Source of the DNA: Candidatus Moraniibacteriota bacterium
GTDB taxonomy: Bacteria; Patescibacteriota; Minisyncoccia; Moranbacterales; UBA9337
Length of the DNA: 64,000 nt
Assembly: GCA_028695135.1 (NCBI GenBank)
Contig: JAQVJM010000002.1
Location: forward strand, 14,249-78,248
Direction of reading: 5' to 3'
Each line of letters opens with the position of its first letter. Position 1 is the first letter of the stretch. Positions 39,731 to 50,622 of this stretch are shown in pieces. The notes under the pieces were generated by a model that worked only from the letters and a program-made list of their open reading frames with translations, made no database searches and was not told the DNA's origin. Made by a program: the position numbers and the translations under genes.

Positions 39731-39865
39731 AATCTCTGCCTGCCTGCAGTGCTTTGCGCATGCATTGCAAGCGGGCGATTACGAATCTTTATGAATCTCT
39801 TTGGCTGGATATTTTTTTAGATTATGGCTATAATGGATATGCTAAATTTAAACCAGAAAATTTTT

Positions 39866-40921
39866 ATGATAAATCGCAGAAAAACCAAAAAGATAAAAGT
39901 CGGCAACATGTATATCGGCGGAGATGCTCCAGTTTCAGTTCAGTCAATGTGCAATACCGATACCCGAGACGTTGATGCGACTGTTGCCCAAATAAAGCAA
40001 TTGATCCAGGCGGGCTGTGAGATTATCCGCGTGGCTGTGCCCGATATGGAAGCGGCTAAAGCTTTGGGAAATATTAAAAAACAGATTAATATTCCGTTGG
40101 TAGCTGATATTCATTTTTCTGCCGAATATGCTATGGAAGCGATAAGACAGGGAGTGGACAAGCTTCGTATCAATCCGGGAAATATCGGATCCAGAGAAAA
40201 AGTCGAGATGCTCGTAAAAGAATGCAAGAACAAAAAAATTCCTATTAGGATCGGAATAAATGCAGGATCTCTGGAAAAAGAAATTTTAGAGAAATATGAT
40301 GGGAAAGTGACGTCTGAGGGGATGGTCGAATCGGCTATGGGACACATAAAAATTTTAGAAGAGAATGACTTTTATGATATCGCAGTTTCTCTTAAGGCCA
40401 ATGACATAGAAAGAACCGTCGAGGCCTATAGGTTGCTTTCAGAAAAAGTTGATTACCCTCTCCACATAGGAATAACGGAAGCCGGGACAAGTTTTCGCGG
40501 AACAGTTATGTCTTCAGTCGGACTGGGCATTTTGCTTTATGACGGAATAGGGGATACAATGAGGGTATCGCTTACTGCTGATCCGGTCGAGGAAATAAGG
40601 GTTTGCTGGGAAATCCTCAAGTCTTTGGGGCTTCGCAAAAAAGGAATTTCCGTAACGAGCTGTCCCACTTGCGGGAGGACTGAAATTGATCTCGTGAGCC
40701 TAGCCCAAAAAGTTGAAAAATCTCTGGAAGGAATAGACAAGGATATCAGGGTGGCGGTAATGGGATGCGTGGTAAATGGTCCCGGTGAAGCCAGAGAAGC
40801 CGATCTGGCTATAATCGGAGGGAAAGGTGTAGGCCTTATAATGAAAAAAGGGAAATTGCTCAAAAAAGTGGATGAGAAAGATCTGCTTGATGAGTTTATC
40901 AAAGAAGTGGATAAGTTTTAG
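39866..40921 (+). CDS. ispG: 4-hydroxy-3-methylbut-2-en-1-yl diphosphate synthase
   Basis: VQSMCNT, PLVADIHF, RINPGNIG, SCPTCGR, VMGCVVNGPGE. Confidence 0.97.
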   Translation: MINRRKTKKIKVGNMYIGGDAPVSVQSMCNTDTRDVDATVAQIKQLIQAGCEIIRVAVPDMEAAKALGNIKKQINIPLVADIHFSAEYAMEAIRQGVDKLRINPGNIGSREKVEMLVKECKNKKIPIRIGINAGSLEKEILEKYDGKVTSEGMVESAMGHIKILEENDFYDIAVSLKANDIERTVEAYRLLSEKVDYPLHIGITEAGTSFRGTVMSSVGLGILLYDGIGDTMRVSLTADPVEEIRVCWEILKSLGLRKKGISVTSCPTCGRTEIDLVSLAQKVEKSLEGIDKDIRVAVMGCVVNGPGEAREADLAIIGGKGVGLIMKKGKLLKKVDEKDLLDEFIKEVDKF

Positions 40922-40937
40922 TTTAGGTTTCGGGTAG

Positions 40938-41082
40938 AAATCCCCCTTTTCTAAAGGGGGTGCCTGTGAAGTATGCGGGGGATTTGAAAGGTTTTCAAAT
41001 TAGCAGACGTTTGCGTTGATTTAAAGTTTTTCAAATCCCTCTGTCTCGTCGCGGCGAGACATATCCCTTTTCCAAAGGGAGA
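40938..41082. repeat. REP-like inverted element with CCCCTTT-AAAGGGG hairpins
   Basis: CCCCCTTTTCTAAAGGGGG...GGGATTTGAAA / TTTCAAATCCC...CCCTTTTCCAAAGGGA. Confidence 0.65.
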
Positions 41083-41106
41083 TAATAATAATTTAAATAA
41101 TTTAAT

Positions 41107-41493
41107 ATGTTTAAAGATTTTAAAAAATTTGCCATAAAAGGCAATGTTGTCGATCTGGCAATCGGAGTAGTCATCGGAACCGCTTTCAGCAAAATAGTGA
41201 GTTCCTTTGTCTCCGATATCATTATGCCTCCGCTAGGAGTGCTTACCGGGGGAGTGGATTTTTCAGATTTATCATTGACCCTAAAAAAAGCCACGGAAGA
41301 TTCTCAGGCAGTTGCTATGAATTACGGATTGTTCATCGATGCAGTGATAAATTTCTTCATAATTTCCTTCTCTATATTCATTGTAATAAGACAATTTGAG
41401 CGTTTCAAGAAAAAAGAAGAGAAGAAGCCCCAGCGGCCGCCGGAAGAAGTCAGGTTGCTCAGGGAGATAAGGGATGAGCTGAAGAAAAGATGA
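41107..41493 (+). CDS. mscL: Large-conductance mechanosensitive channel
   Basis: FKKFAIKGNVVDLAIGVVIG, LLREIRDEL. Confidence 0.97.
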   Translation: MFKDFKKFAIKGNVVDLAIGVVIGTAFSKIVSSFVSDIIMPPLGVLTGGVDFSDLSLTLKKATEDSQAVAMNYGLFIDAVINFFIISFSIFIVIRQFERFKKKEEKKPQRPPEEVRLLREIRDELKKR

Positions 41494-41523
41494 AATTAAT
41501 AAGTTATTCGAGAAGATAGCAAT

Positions 41524-41555
41524 AAAAAAGTGTATCTTTAAAGATACACTTTTTT
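41524..41555. terminator. Palindromic bidirectional terminator, identical core at 62190..62209
   Basis: AAAAAAGTGTATCTTTAAAGATACACTTTTTT. Confidence 0.7.
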
Positions 41556-41566
41556 AAATTGTCTTT

Positions 41567-42106
41567 TTAATTTTTCAATTGCTGATTATCAATTATATCC
41601 TCCGTGATCCTGTTTTGGCATACTTCTTTTATTTTGGAATCTTCTATCTTTTGACAGATTGAAAAATCGGTTTTTCTTACCGCTTCGTCTTTCCAGCAAT
41701 AGTCTCTTTCTAGTCCGCTTAAGGCATCGCAACCGTTATCCTGTGGATCTGTCGGAGCGCTCAGCCCGCAGACTTGTTTGCAATAGTCCCTTTCTTTTTC
41801 GATTTCGAAATAAATGCACTCATTGTCGCAGTCAACAGGTGTAATTTCCAGAAACATGTTGCCTTGTTCCGATTCCGGAAAATTAACATCTCCTTCTTTT
41901 GGCCCAGGTTCGTTTTTATTGCCGTTTTCCGCAGTGGAATAAGAGTCTGCCGATCCATTTTTTAAGGCATCTTTATTCTCTTGCGATGAAGATATTTCCG
42001 CATCTTTTCCACCGTTAAAATAGCGCTCTTTTATTACGGGATAAGCCCAGTAAGTTATGGCGCTAAGGCCTACGATGTATAAAAATAATGCCAGTTTTCT
42101 TTTCAT
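41567..42106 (-). CDS. Hypothetical exported Cys-rich protein
   Basis: N-terminal TM; C-x3-C, YC..VC, DYC, C.KI repeats. Confidence 0.75.
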   Translation of the reverse strand: MKRKLALFLYIVGLSAITYWAYPVIKERYFNGGKDAEISSSQENKDALKNGSADSYSTAENGNKNEPGPKEGDVNFPESEQGNMFLEITPVDCDNECIYFEIEKERDYCKQVCGLSAPTDPQDNGCDALSGLERDYCWKDEAVRKTDFSICQKIEDSKIKEVCQNRITEDIIDNQQLKN

Positions 42107-43542
42107 ATTTTTTTAATTTCGTATTTTTCTTCCAGGTCTTTTATTTCATAGCCTTTCTCTTTGAGCTTATCTCTGATTTTGTCGGCTTTTTTGAAATCTT
42201 TTTCTTTCCGGGCACTTTCTCTTTCTTCCGCCAGTTCTTTTATCTCATCAGGGACAGCTTCCTCTTTTTCATATAATCTCAGCCCCAAAACATCATTAAT
42301 TTTTTCCCAGAAATTCAGAATATCTTTCACCTGATCGGCGCTTATTTTTTTATCATTCATGAGCTTATTTACTTCTGTTATCATTTCGTAAATCGCGCTA
42401 AGAGCCAGGGGAGTATTTAGGTCATCGTCCATAGCTGATTCGAATTTGTCTTGATAGCCTTTCAGCTTTTTGTCATCAAACTTCCCTTTTTTTGATAATT
42501 CCATCGGCTCGACAGATTTTAGTTTTTTAATAAATTCGGATATTCTATCCAAGTTTTTTTTGGCTTGGTCCATCGCGTCCCAAGAAAAATTTAAAGAAGA
42601 TTTATAATGAGATGAAATAAGCAACATCCTTAAATCCATAGCGGTGTATCCTTTTTTCTTTATATCTTCAATCAAATATAAATTTCCTTTGGATTTGCTC
42701 ATTTTTTCGCCCTTTTCCTGCAACATTCCTCCGTGAAACCAATAATTAACAAACTGTTTTCCTGTAAAACATTCGGTTTGAGCTATTTCCGCTTCATGAT
42801 GGGGAAAAATATTGTCTTCTCCGCCGGTGTGGATGTCGATGGTCTCTCCCAGGTATTCTGTGCTCATGGCGCTGCATTCGATGTGCCAGCCCGGGTAGCC
42901 GATCCCCCAAGGACTTTTCCATTTCATCAGGTGTTCTTCGGGCGCCTTGAGCCAAAGGGCGAAGTCCCAGGGATTTTTTTTGTCGGGATGTTCTTCGAGC
43001 CTGGCGCCTACTTTTAAGTTTTCCAGAGTGTTTCCGGAAAGTTTTCCGTAATCTTTAAATTTTGAGATATCAAAAAATACATTGCCATTTTTTTCGTAGG
43101 CATATCCTTTTTCTATGAGACCTTCTATTATTTTAATCATTTGAGGAACATGGGCGGTAGCTCTCGGAAAATACTGAGCCGGAAGGATATGCATCTCATT
43201 TTCCACGCTTCTGAAATAACTTTCATAGAAATCGGCGATTTCCTGGGGGGTTTTCTTTTCGCTCAAAGCTTTTTTTATGAGCTTGTCCTCGCCACTATCC
43301 CCTTGGGCTAAATCATCATCCGTTAGATGTCCGACGTCCGTGATGTTTTTTATATGGCGGACCTCATATCCGGCATACTCAAGATAACGTCTGAGGATGT
43401 CCGCATTGGTGTAGGCGCGAATATTTCCGATATGGATGTAGCCGTAAACCGTCGGACCGCAAGTGTACATGCCGACTTTTCCGGGATGTATCGGTTTAAA
43501 TTCTTCTTTTCTGTTGGTGAGAGTATTGTATATATGCAACAT
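42103..43542 (-). CDS. cysS: Cysteine--tRNA ligase
   Basis: CGPTVY, HIGN, GWHIECS, KMSKS; start ATG 43542. Confidence 0.98.
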   Translation of the reverse strand: MLHIYNTLTNRKEEFKPIHPGKVGMYTCGPTVYGYIHIGNIRAYTNADILRRYLEYAGYEVRHIKNITDVGHLTDDDLAQGDSGEDKLIKKALSEKKTPQEIADFYESYFRSVENEMHILPAQYFPRATAHVPQMIKIIEGLIEKGYAYEKNGNVFFDISKFKDYGKLSGNTLENLKVGARLEEHPDKKNPWDFALWLKAPEEHLMKWKSPWGIGYPGWHIECSAMSTEYLGETIDIHTGGEDNIFPHHEAEIAQTECFTGKQFVNYWFHGGMLQEKGEKMSKSKGNLYLIEDIKKKGYTAMDLRMLLISSHYKSSLNFSWDAMDQAKKNLDRISEFIKKLKSVEPMELSKKGKFDDKKLKGYQDKFESAMDDDLNTPLALSAIYEMITEVNKLMNDKKISADQVKDILNFWEKINDVLGLRLYEKEEAVPDEIKELAEERESARKEKDFKKADKIRDKLKEKGYEIKDLEEKYEIKKI

Positions 43543-43701
43543 GTAGCATGCGACACGTGACATGGAGCATTTTTTATCTTTTTAATGTCCAATGTTTTAT
43601 GTCCAATGATATGCTTTTAGCTTATTATAAAAACCGCTTGATAACAAGTAATTGCAAAAAATTAAATCCTTGTCCCATGTCGCATGTCTCTTGTCACTTG
43701 A

Positions 43702-44610
43702 TCAAAGCCATTTTTTAATTTTAAACATTACTATAGTAAAAAGTGATATAAAAAACATTATTCCTATATGGATCCAAAAACCGAAAGGGTGGGATGCGAA
43801 AGGTATTTTGGCGCTCATGGCCAGGATGTTGGAATAAACCGTCATCGGAAGCATTATGGCGGAAAAAATCGTCAAAACTTTCATGGTAAGGTTCAATTTA
43901 TTAGAAAGCAGAGAATTGTTGGTTTCCTCCAGGGACTCGATCGTTTCCTTGGCGCTTTCCAGAGAGCTCCAAAGCCTTATATTGGTGCCGATCAGGTCTT
44001 GGTAATAAGGTTTAAGTTCGCTCGGTATGAACCTCGTTTCCATCTGAGCCAATGATTCCAAAATCGATCTCTGAGGCTTTAAAGTCCTTCTGAAGTTTAA
44101 AATATCTCTTTTGGCGAGAGAAATTTCACGAACCATTTCTGTTTCGTCTCCGTTAAAGACGTGCCCCTCGATTACATCTATATTTTTATGGATGTGAGCC
44201 AACCTGGGGAAGCAGGATTCTATAAGCATTTCCAATATATGGTAGAGGAGATGGGCAGGGGTCTCATTCATATAAAGTTTTTTTCTGCCTTCGCTTGATT
44301 CCAATTTTCTGAAAAAATCGGTTAGCTGATAAATGTCTTGCTTGTGCCCCGTAATAAGATGATTTTTGGTTATTACTATATCGAGTTCTCCCGGATAAGT
44401 CGTTCTCTCTACGGCATCGAAAAGAGGGATATGGACGGTCAAAAATATGCAGTTATTGTATTCCGTAGCCCTGGGTCTTATGGTAGGCGTGACAAATTCT
44501 TCAATGGCCAACGGATGGATATTGAAGTTTTCTTGCAAATAATAAGTGCTTTCCTTATCGGGATTTTCAAAGTCTATCCAGTTTATATTTTTGTATTTGA
44601 CTTCTCTCAT
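43702..44610 (-). CDS. corA: CorA family divalent cation transporter
   Basis: WIDF, HPLAIE, MKVLTIFS; GMN motif altered to AMS. Confidence 0.88.
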   Translation of the reverse strand: MREVKYKNINWIDFENPDKESTYYLQENFNIHPLAIEEFVTPTIRPRATEYNNCIFLTVHIPLFDAVERTTYPGELDIVITKNHLITGHKQDIYQLTDFFRKLESSEGRKKLYMNETPAHLLYHILEMLIESCFPRLAHIHKNIDVIEGHVFNGDETEMVREISLAKRDILNFRRTLKPQRSILESLAQMETRFIPSELKPYYQDLIGTNIRLWSSLESAKETIESLEETNNSLLSNKLNLTMKVLTIFSAIMLPMTVYSNILAMSAKIPFASHPFGFWIHIGIMFFISLFTIVMFKIKKWL

Positions 44611-44693
44611 TTTTGTTTAGGTCTTAGGCATGAATCTAAATATAAAATTATTATACATTTTATTTGACTAATTGGCAAAAGTTTTATAAAATT

Positions 44694-44948
44694 ATGCGAA
44701 TGAAGAAATTTTTGCTGTTTTTAATAAGGCTTTATCAGAAATTCCTGTCTCCGGATCAGGGGATTTTTAGCTTTATTTTTTCCGAAAGATTCTGCCGTTT
44801 TCATCCGACCTGTTCTGAATATACCTATCAGGCTGTAGAAAGATTCGGTATCCTTAAGGGAGGTTTCTTGGGATTTAAAAGAGTGATAAGATGCCACCCG
44901 TGGAATGAGGGAGGCTATGATCCGATACCGCCGAAACATAAATCATAA
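44694..44948 (+). CDS. yidD: Membrane protein insertion efficiency factor
   Basis: CRFHPTCSEY, RCHPWNEGGYDP. Confidence 0.95.
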   Translation: MRMKKFLLFLIRLYQKFLSPDQGIFSFIFSERFCRFHPTCSEYTYQAVERFGILKGGFLGFKRVIRCHPWNEGGYDPIPPKHKS

Positions 44949-45073
44949 AGCATGAAGCATAGAACATTCGTAATGATGCTTCATGTTATATGTTGTATGT
45001 TCAATGAAATAGCTTTCAAATTTTTTGGAAGTCAGATTTTAGAAAAAAGTTCCTTGAAAAAAGAGGTGAAATT

Positions 45074-45376
45074 ATGGGCGAAAGCAACGTCAGGAATTTG
45101 CTGGGAGGCCTGTTTACTATTTTAGTAGGAGGCTTTGTCCTTTATCTTTCGTTAACTGTTTTTGCGCTTGTTTTTTGTGAAAGGGCGCAGGATAACTTTT
45201 GCGGCTTGATCTTGCCGAATATTATTATTGGGCTAGCTATTTTGGCCGTTTATTCATTCTGGAGGAAAGTAAGGGAGTATGAAAATTATCCAGAGTTTCT
45301 CAAAGATGAATTGTCAAAGACAAGCCCGATATTCGTATGGATTTATAAAGCGATAAGGAGGATCGCCCATGAATAG
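45074..45376 (+). CDS. Hypothetical membrane protein
   Basis: GAGGTG SD, two TMs. Confidence 0.7.
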   Translation: MGESNVRNLLGGLFTILVGGFVLYLSLTVFALVFCERAQDNFCGLILPNIIIGLAILAVYSFWRKVREYENYPEFLKDELSKTSPIFVWIYKAIRRIAHE

Positions 45377-45749
45377 CGGTAAGATAGACAGAGGGATGGA
45401 ACTCATCCTTGTGCCTTTGTGCATATTGATTGTAGCGGCCACGGTTTTTCACAATTTTCCGGCAAGAAATTTTTTTCTCGTACTGTCCATCGTGATAGCA
45501 TCCGGATGCGCCATGGTGCTGATCTTCATCTCTCCGATCGTTTCCCGATACGAGGAATTGCAGAGGAATATCCGAAGCGCCAGTTTCTCTTCCAGGGATT
45601 CTCCATATTGCAATGAAATGAGGCAGAGGATAATGGAAGAGATAGAGGAGTTCAAGAAAAAGCATCCGCTGATAATAAGGTTAGCGGAAGAAAATGAATC
45701 CGAGGAGAAGAGCGATGAAAAATTTGATAGGAAAAAAAGTTATTATTGA
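45369..45749 (+). CDS. Hypothetical membrane protein
   Basis: AGGAGG SD, two TMs, overlaps upstream stop. Confidence 0.65.
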   Translation: MNSGKIDRGMELILVPLCILIVAATVFHNFPARNFFLVLSIVIASGCAMVLIFISPIVSRYEELQRNIRSASFSSRDSPYCNEMRQRIMEEIEEFKKKHPLIIRLAEENESEEKSDEKFDRKKSYY

Positions 45750-45912
45750 TTATTATGACAGCGTCGGCGAGGGTTCGATCGTTCAAGGAAGTTTGCCGGG
45801 GTTTCCCCTGGATGTTGCTGACAGCCAGGGAAGGACGGTGACTTTTCTTAGTTTGTCCGAAATCGAAATCCTCAATAGCAAAGGAGCGCTGCGGGATATT
45901 CGGCTGGCGTAA
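45715..45912 (+). CDS. Small hypothetical protein
   Basis: GAGGAG SD; followed by terminator 45937..45970. Confidence 0.55.
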   Translation: MKNLIGKKVIIDYYDSVGEGSIVQGSLPGFPLDVADSQGRTVTFLSLSEIEILNSKGALRDIRLA

Positions 45913-46097
45913 AAAATATTTTGCTCTTCAAAAAATGGGAGTCTTCGAATCATCGACAGACTCCTTTTTAAATTTATTGAAAAATGCTAGAATGACATAG
46001 AGTATGGAGCACATAGCACATAGCATGGAGTATAAAGCGTTGCGAGTTACACGCCATAGATTATATATTGCACGCTACGCGTTATGTGATACTAGAT

Positions 46098-46931
46098 ATG
46101 CGATTTGATATAATCACAATTTTTCCAAATATTTTTGATTCATATTTCAGCGAGTCGATTTTAGCGCGGGCGCAGAAAGAAAAGTTGGTCGTAATCAACG
46201 TGCATAATTTGAGAGATTACGCCCGGGATAAGCATAAGACTGTCGATGATACTCCGTATGGCGGAGGAGCGGGGATGGTGATGAAAGTGGAACCGATTTT
46301 TAATTGCGTGGAAACAATTAAAAATGTTCTAGATGTTGAAAATGTTGCAAGTGTTGAAGATGAAACAATACAACGAGCAAAGCGATTTAACAAGCAAGGC
46401 GATGGAACATTTAGAACAATATTGTTTTCTGCTAAGGGAAAAAAATATACGCAGGAAGATGCCAAGCGTTTTTTGAATTATGATAATATAATTATGATAT
46501 GCGGGCGGTATGAAGGGGTGGACGAACGGGTGGCCGAGCATATAGCGGACGAAGAAATTTCGATAGGAGATTATGTCCTGACCGGAGGAGAAATTCCGGC
46601 GATGGCAGTTGTCGATTCGGTCACAAGGCTTCTTCCGGGAGTATTAGGAAATCCGGAGTCCCTTGATCAAGAGAGCTTTAATGATGTTCAAGTTGTTATA
46701 GATGTTCAAGGTGTTGAAAATGTTCAAGATGTTAAAAATGAATCAATTCAACAAGCGAAGCAATATGACAAGCGAAGCAATATGACAAGCGAAGCGATGA
46801 AGAATTTGGAATATCCCCAGTATACCAAACCGGAAGAATTCAATGGTTGGAAGGTGCCGGAAGTCCTCCTTAGCGGGAACCATGCGGAGATTGAGAAATG
46901 GAGGGAAAAAACAATGACAAGGCATAAGTGA
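46098..46931 (+). CDS. trmD: tRNA (guanine37-N1)-methyltransferase with two repeat insertions
   Basis: [50 protein letters not shown]. Confidence 0.97.
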   Translation: MRFDIITIFPNIFDSYFSESILARAQKEKLVVINVHNLRDYARDKHKTVDDTPYGGGAGMVMKVEPIFNCVETIKNVLDVENVASVEDETIQRAKRFNKQGDGTFRTILFSAKGKKYTQEDAKRFLNYDNIIMICGRYEGVDERVAEHIADEEISIGDYVLTGGEIPAMAVVDSVTRLLPGVLGNPESLDQESFNDVQVVIDVQGVENVQDVKNESIQQAKQYDKRSNMTSEAMKNLEYPQYTKPEEFNGWKVPEVLLSGNHAEIEKWREKTMTRHK

Positions 46932-47074
46932 TATGCAACAAGGCATGATGGGACAGGAGAGAAGAAGGTAATTTAGCGATGTAGCAAAGCGGTAAGGTTA
47001 TTATATCGTTAGTTTAGTCTTAAAAACTATTTATAAAACGATTCGTAGTTTCATAAAATTCGTAATTTGTAGAG

Positions 47075-48181
47075 ATGTCAAACACAAAAAAACAATTCGA
47101 TAAAACCTTGCTTACCCTGGCTTTAACCCTGGCTGTTTTTGGTTTGATCATGATTGCTAGCGCCGGAGTGCTTTATTCCCAAACCCGCTTTGAGGATCCC
47201 AACTATTTTATCAAGCATCAATTTTTATTTGGCTTCATCCCGGGACTTTTTTTCCTTTATTTGTTCAGCAAAATCGATTATCATTTTTGGAAAAAGTTTT
47301 CCATTCCGTTTTTTTTCGCTTCTCTTTTTGCTTTGGTTTTGGTTTTTATACCCGGGATAGGAAGCGACATCTATGGAGCCAGCCGTTGGATAAATCTGGG
47401 GTCGATATCCTTCCAGCCTTCCGAAATGGCAAAAATCTCAATCATATTATACTTGGCGGCCTGGCTGGAAAATAAAGGGACGGAAAAGATAAAAGATATA
47501 TATGAGGGCACGATTCCCTTTTTGACCATATTGGCGATAGCCGGTTTTTTGATCATCCGCCAGCCGGACACGGGAACTCTAGGAGTGATCATCATGATTG
47601 CGGTTTCAATGTATTTCGTTTCAGGAGCCAGTGTGGGACATATTTTTGGAATATTTCTGGCCGGCTTGGCCGGACTGGCAGCGCTTATCATGATAGCGCC
47701 TTATCGCATGAATCGTTTTTTGGTTTTTCTCAATCCTGAGCACGATCCGCAAGGAGTGGGATACCAGATAAATCAAGCGCTTTTGGCAATCGGATCGGGA
47801 GGGATATTCGGACTCGGCTTGGGGCACAGCCGTCAGAAATTCAATTATCTTCCCGAACCGGTGGGGGACTCTATTTTTGCGATAATCGGGGAAGAGCTGG
47901 GGCTTCTGGGCGCCGGAATAGTTGTCATAATTTTCGTCCTTCTTACCCTTAGGATATTAAAGATCGCCAAAGCCGCGCCGGATAACTTCGGAAGAATTGT
48001 CGCCATCGGAGTAGCTTCATGGATATTCTTCCAAGCTTTCGTAAATATTGCGGCGGTCACGGCCATTATGCCCTTGACCGGAATCTCTCTTCCTTTTATA
48101 AGTTACGGGGGAACCTCTCTAATATTTTTGATGGCGGCGATAGGATTATTGCTCAATATCTCGAAGCAGAGTAAAATATAG
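47075..48181 (+). CDS. ftsW: SEDS peptidoglycan glycosyltransferase FtsW
   Basis: GASRWI, FQPSEMAK, QPDTGT, LPFISYGG. Confidence 0.93.
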   Translation: MSNTKKQFDKTLLTLALTLAVFGLIMIASAGVLYSQTRFEDPNYFIKHQFLFGFIPGLFFLYLFSKIDYHFWKKFSIPFFFASLFALVLVFIPGIGSDIYGASRWINLGSISFQPSEMAKISIILYLAAWLENKGTEKIKDIYEGTIPFLTILAIAGFLIIRQPDTGTLGVIIMIAVSMYFVSGASVGHIFGIFLAGLAGLAALIMIAPYRMNRFLVFLNPEHDPQGVGYQINQALLAIGSGGIFGLGLGHSRQKFNYLPEPVGDSIFAIIGEELGLLGAGIVVIIFVLLTLRILKIAKAAPDNFGRIVAIGVASWIFFQAFVNIAAVTAIMPLTGISLPFISYGGTSLIFLMAAIGLLLNISKQSKI

Positions 48182-48278
48182 TTAGCTTCATTGGCTTATA
48201 GCTTCTAGCTGATAGGTTTTCGGGTTTAATTTTATAAATAATACATAAGCTGATAGCCAAAAGCTAAAAGCTAATAAA

Positions 48279-49373
48279 ATGATTTCACAAGTACAAAACA
48301 TCCCTGAAGTTATCGATATTTTGAAAGTTCTTTCAACCGGAATGATAGTTTTTGCGTTTGCTTTTATGATTACGCCTATTTGGACCAATATTCTCTACAG
48401 ATATAAAATAGGCATAAAGATAAAGAAGAATTCGGTTGACGGAGAAAAATTAAGTATAGTAAATAAATTTCACGCGAAAAAAGCGGGAACTCCTACTATG
48501 GGCGGAGTGATAATCTGGTTCAGCGTTTTTGCGGTCATATTTATTTCAGAATACGTCTTTCCTTGGTTCGCCACTTTGACTGATACGAATTTTATCGCTC
48601 GGCTTGATTTTTTGGACAGATCCCAAACGTGGCTTCCCCTTTTCGCCTTGATCTCTGCGGGAGTTTTGGGATTTTTTGACGATATTATGAGCGTTCGAGG
48701 CTGGGGGTCGAACAAAGGAGGAGGGATGAGGTTTGCAATGAGGTTTTGGTGGCTTTTTGCGATTGCTTTTGGCGGCGCTTGGTGGTTCTATTCAAAATTA
48801 GGATGGGATCAGCTCCATGTTCCCGCTGTGGGTGATTTTGCCATAGGATGGCTCTATATCCCTCTTTTTATTTTTGTCATTCTTTTTACCGCCATTTCTT
48901 CAAACGAAACGGACGGCCTTGACGGCTTGAACGGCGGGGTGCTTTTTATCGCTTTTTCATCTTTTGCGATAATTTCCTTCGCTCAGAATCACGTCAATCT
49001 GGCTTCTTTTTGCGCCGCAGTGGCAGGAGCTCTCTTGGCTTTCCTGTGGTTCAATATTCCTCCGGCCAGGTTTTTTATGGGAGATACTGGGGCGGTTTCC
49101 CTGGGGACGACTTTGGGCGTGGTGGCTATGCTCAATAATTCCATCATCCCGCTTTTTTTCATAGTTTTCATATATATTCTTGAATCAGGGAGCGCGGCCG
49201 CTCAGTTGTTGAGCAAGAAATTCCTTGGAAGAAAAATTTTTTTGGCAGCGCCTATCCATCATCATTTCGAGGCCAAGGGATGGCCGGAGTCGAAAATAGT
49301 TATGCGGGCTTGGATATTTTCTATCGTTATGGCCGCATTCGGGGTGATTATCGGAATTTTGGGGATGGGTTAA
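48279..49373 (+). CDS. mraY: Phospho-N-acetylmuramoyl-pentapeptide transferase
   Basis: KAGTPTMGG, NETDGLDGL, FMGDTG, APIHHHFE. Confidence 0.96.
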   Translation: MISQVQNIPEVIDILKVLSTGMIVFAFAFMITPIWTNILYRYKIGIKIKKNSVDGEKLSIVNKFHAKKAGTPTMGGVIIWFSVFAVIFISEYVFPWFATLTDTNFIARLDFLDRSQTWLPLFALISAGVLGFFDDIMSVRGWGSNKGGGMRFAMRFWWLFAIAFGGAWWFYSKLGWDQLHVPAVGDFAIGWLYIPLFIFVILFTAISSNETDGLDGLNGGVLFIAFSSFAIISFAQNHVNLASFCAAVAGALLAFLWFNIPPARFFMGDTGAVSLGTTLGVVAMLNNSIIPLFFIVFIYILESGSAAAQLLSKKFLGRKIFLAAPIHHHFEAKGWPESKIVMRAWIFSIVMAAFGVIIGILGMG

Positions 49374-49433
49374 CCCAGCTTTTATTAACGTAGCTTATAG
49401 CTTTTAGGTTTAAAATAAGATAAAAATAAAAAC

Positions 49434-50510
49434 ATGGAGCTGAAAAAAATACAAGACGCAAATTTAAAAGGAAAAAATGTTTTGGTACGGGTCGATTTTA
49501 ACGTGCCTCTGAAGAAGGGAGGAGGAATCGAGGAGACTTATAAGATAAGATCGGCCAAGGCGACTGTGGATCACATATTGTCGAAAGAGGGAGCGGTGAC
49601 TCTGATTTCCCATCTGGGAAGACCTTTGGAGCAGCATAAAGATAATCTCGGATCGGGCATAGAAAGCATGGGTGAATTTTCCCTGAAAAAAATCATTCCT
49701 GACGCAAGAGATATTTTGGGTGTGGATATCAAGCTTATTTCCAGTTGTGATTCCAATGTGATTAAAAAGAGCAGGAAAGAGTCAGGCGATGAAAATCGGG
49801 TCTTTCTTCTGGAAAATATAAGATTCTATAAGGAGGAAGAAGAAAATGATGAAAATTTTTCTGCCGATCTGGCGGAGAATTTCGATATTTTTATCAATGA
49901 AGCTTTCAGCGTCTGTCATAGGGCGCATGCCTCCGTCGTGGGAGTGGCCAAAAATCTGCCGAGCTATGCCGGTTTTCATCTGCAAAGAGAAGTGGAAAAT
50001 TTGGAAAGAGTTAAAAATTATCCGGAGCATCCGGCCGTGGCTATTATCGGAGGGGCAAAGATTGAAACAAAGCTGCCCTTAATAAAATCTTTGAGCGACA
50101 ATTACGATTTCATATTGGTAGGAGGAAAGATCGCCAATGAAGCCATCGATCAGGGGATAAAATTTGATGAAAAAGTTATCTTGCCGTTTGATTTTGCGGA
50201 TGCCGATAGGTTTGATATCGGTCCGAAAACGATCGATAAGTTTATAGAGGTCATCGATCAGGCGGAAACCATCGTCTGGAACGGTCCGATGGGAATGTTT
50301 GAAAAAGAGCCTTTTGACAGGGGGACGAGAAAAATCTTGGAAGCGGTTATCGGAAGCGGAGCCTTTGCGGTTGTTGGCGGAGGCGAATCGATCCAGGCCA
50401 TCGAGCAGGGAGGATTTATGGATAAATTATCTTTCGTTTCCACCGGAGGCGGTGCGATGCTTGAATTTCTAAGCGGGGAAAAAATGCCGGGGCTGGAGGT
50501 TTTGGAATAA
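49434..50510 (+). CDS. pgk: Phosphoglycerate kinase
   Basis: RVDFNVP, SHLGRP, LLENIRF, WNGPMG, STGGGA. Confidence 0.96.
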   Translation: MELKKIQDANLKGKNVLVRVDFNVPLKKGGGIEETYKIRSAKATVDHILSKEGAVTLISHLGRPLEQHKDNLGSGIESMGEFSLKKIIPDARDILGVDIKLISSCDSNVIKKSRKESGDENRVFLLENIRFYKEEEENDENFSADLAENFDIFINEAFSVCHRAHASVVGVAKNLPSYAGFHLQREVENLERVKNYPEHPAVAIIGGAKIETKLPLIKSLSDNYDFILVGGKIANEAIDQGIKFDEKVILPFDFADADRFDIGPKTIDKFIEVIDQAETIVWNGPMGMFEKEPFDRGTRKILEAVIGSGAFAVVGGGESIQAIEQGGFMDKLSFVSTGGGAMLEFLSGEKMPGLEVLE

Positions 50511-50622
50511 TATTGATTCAGCGACGAGGGATAATGAATGCAGATGGTTATTTTCTTGATTCTATTTTCGATTTTAGACTTTCATGTTATATTTAAGGTG
50601 TAAATATTAATATTTAATTTTT

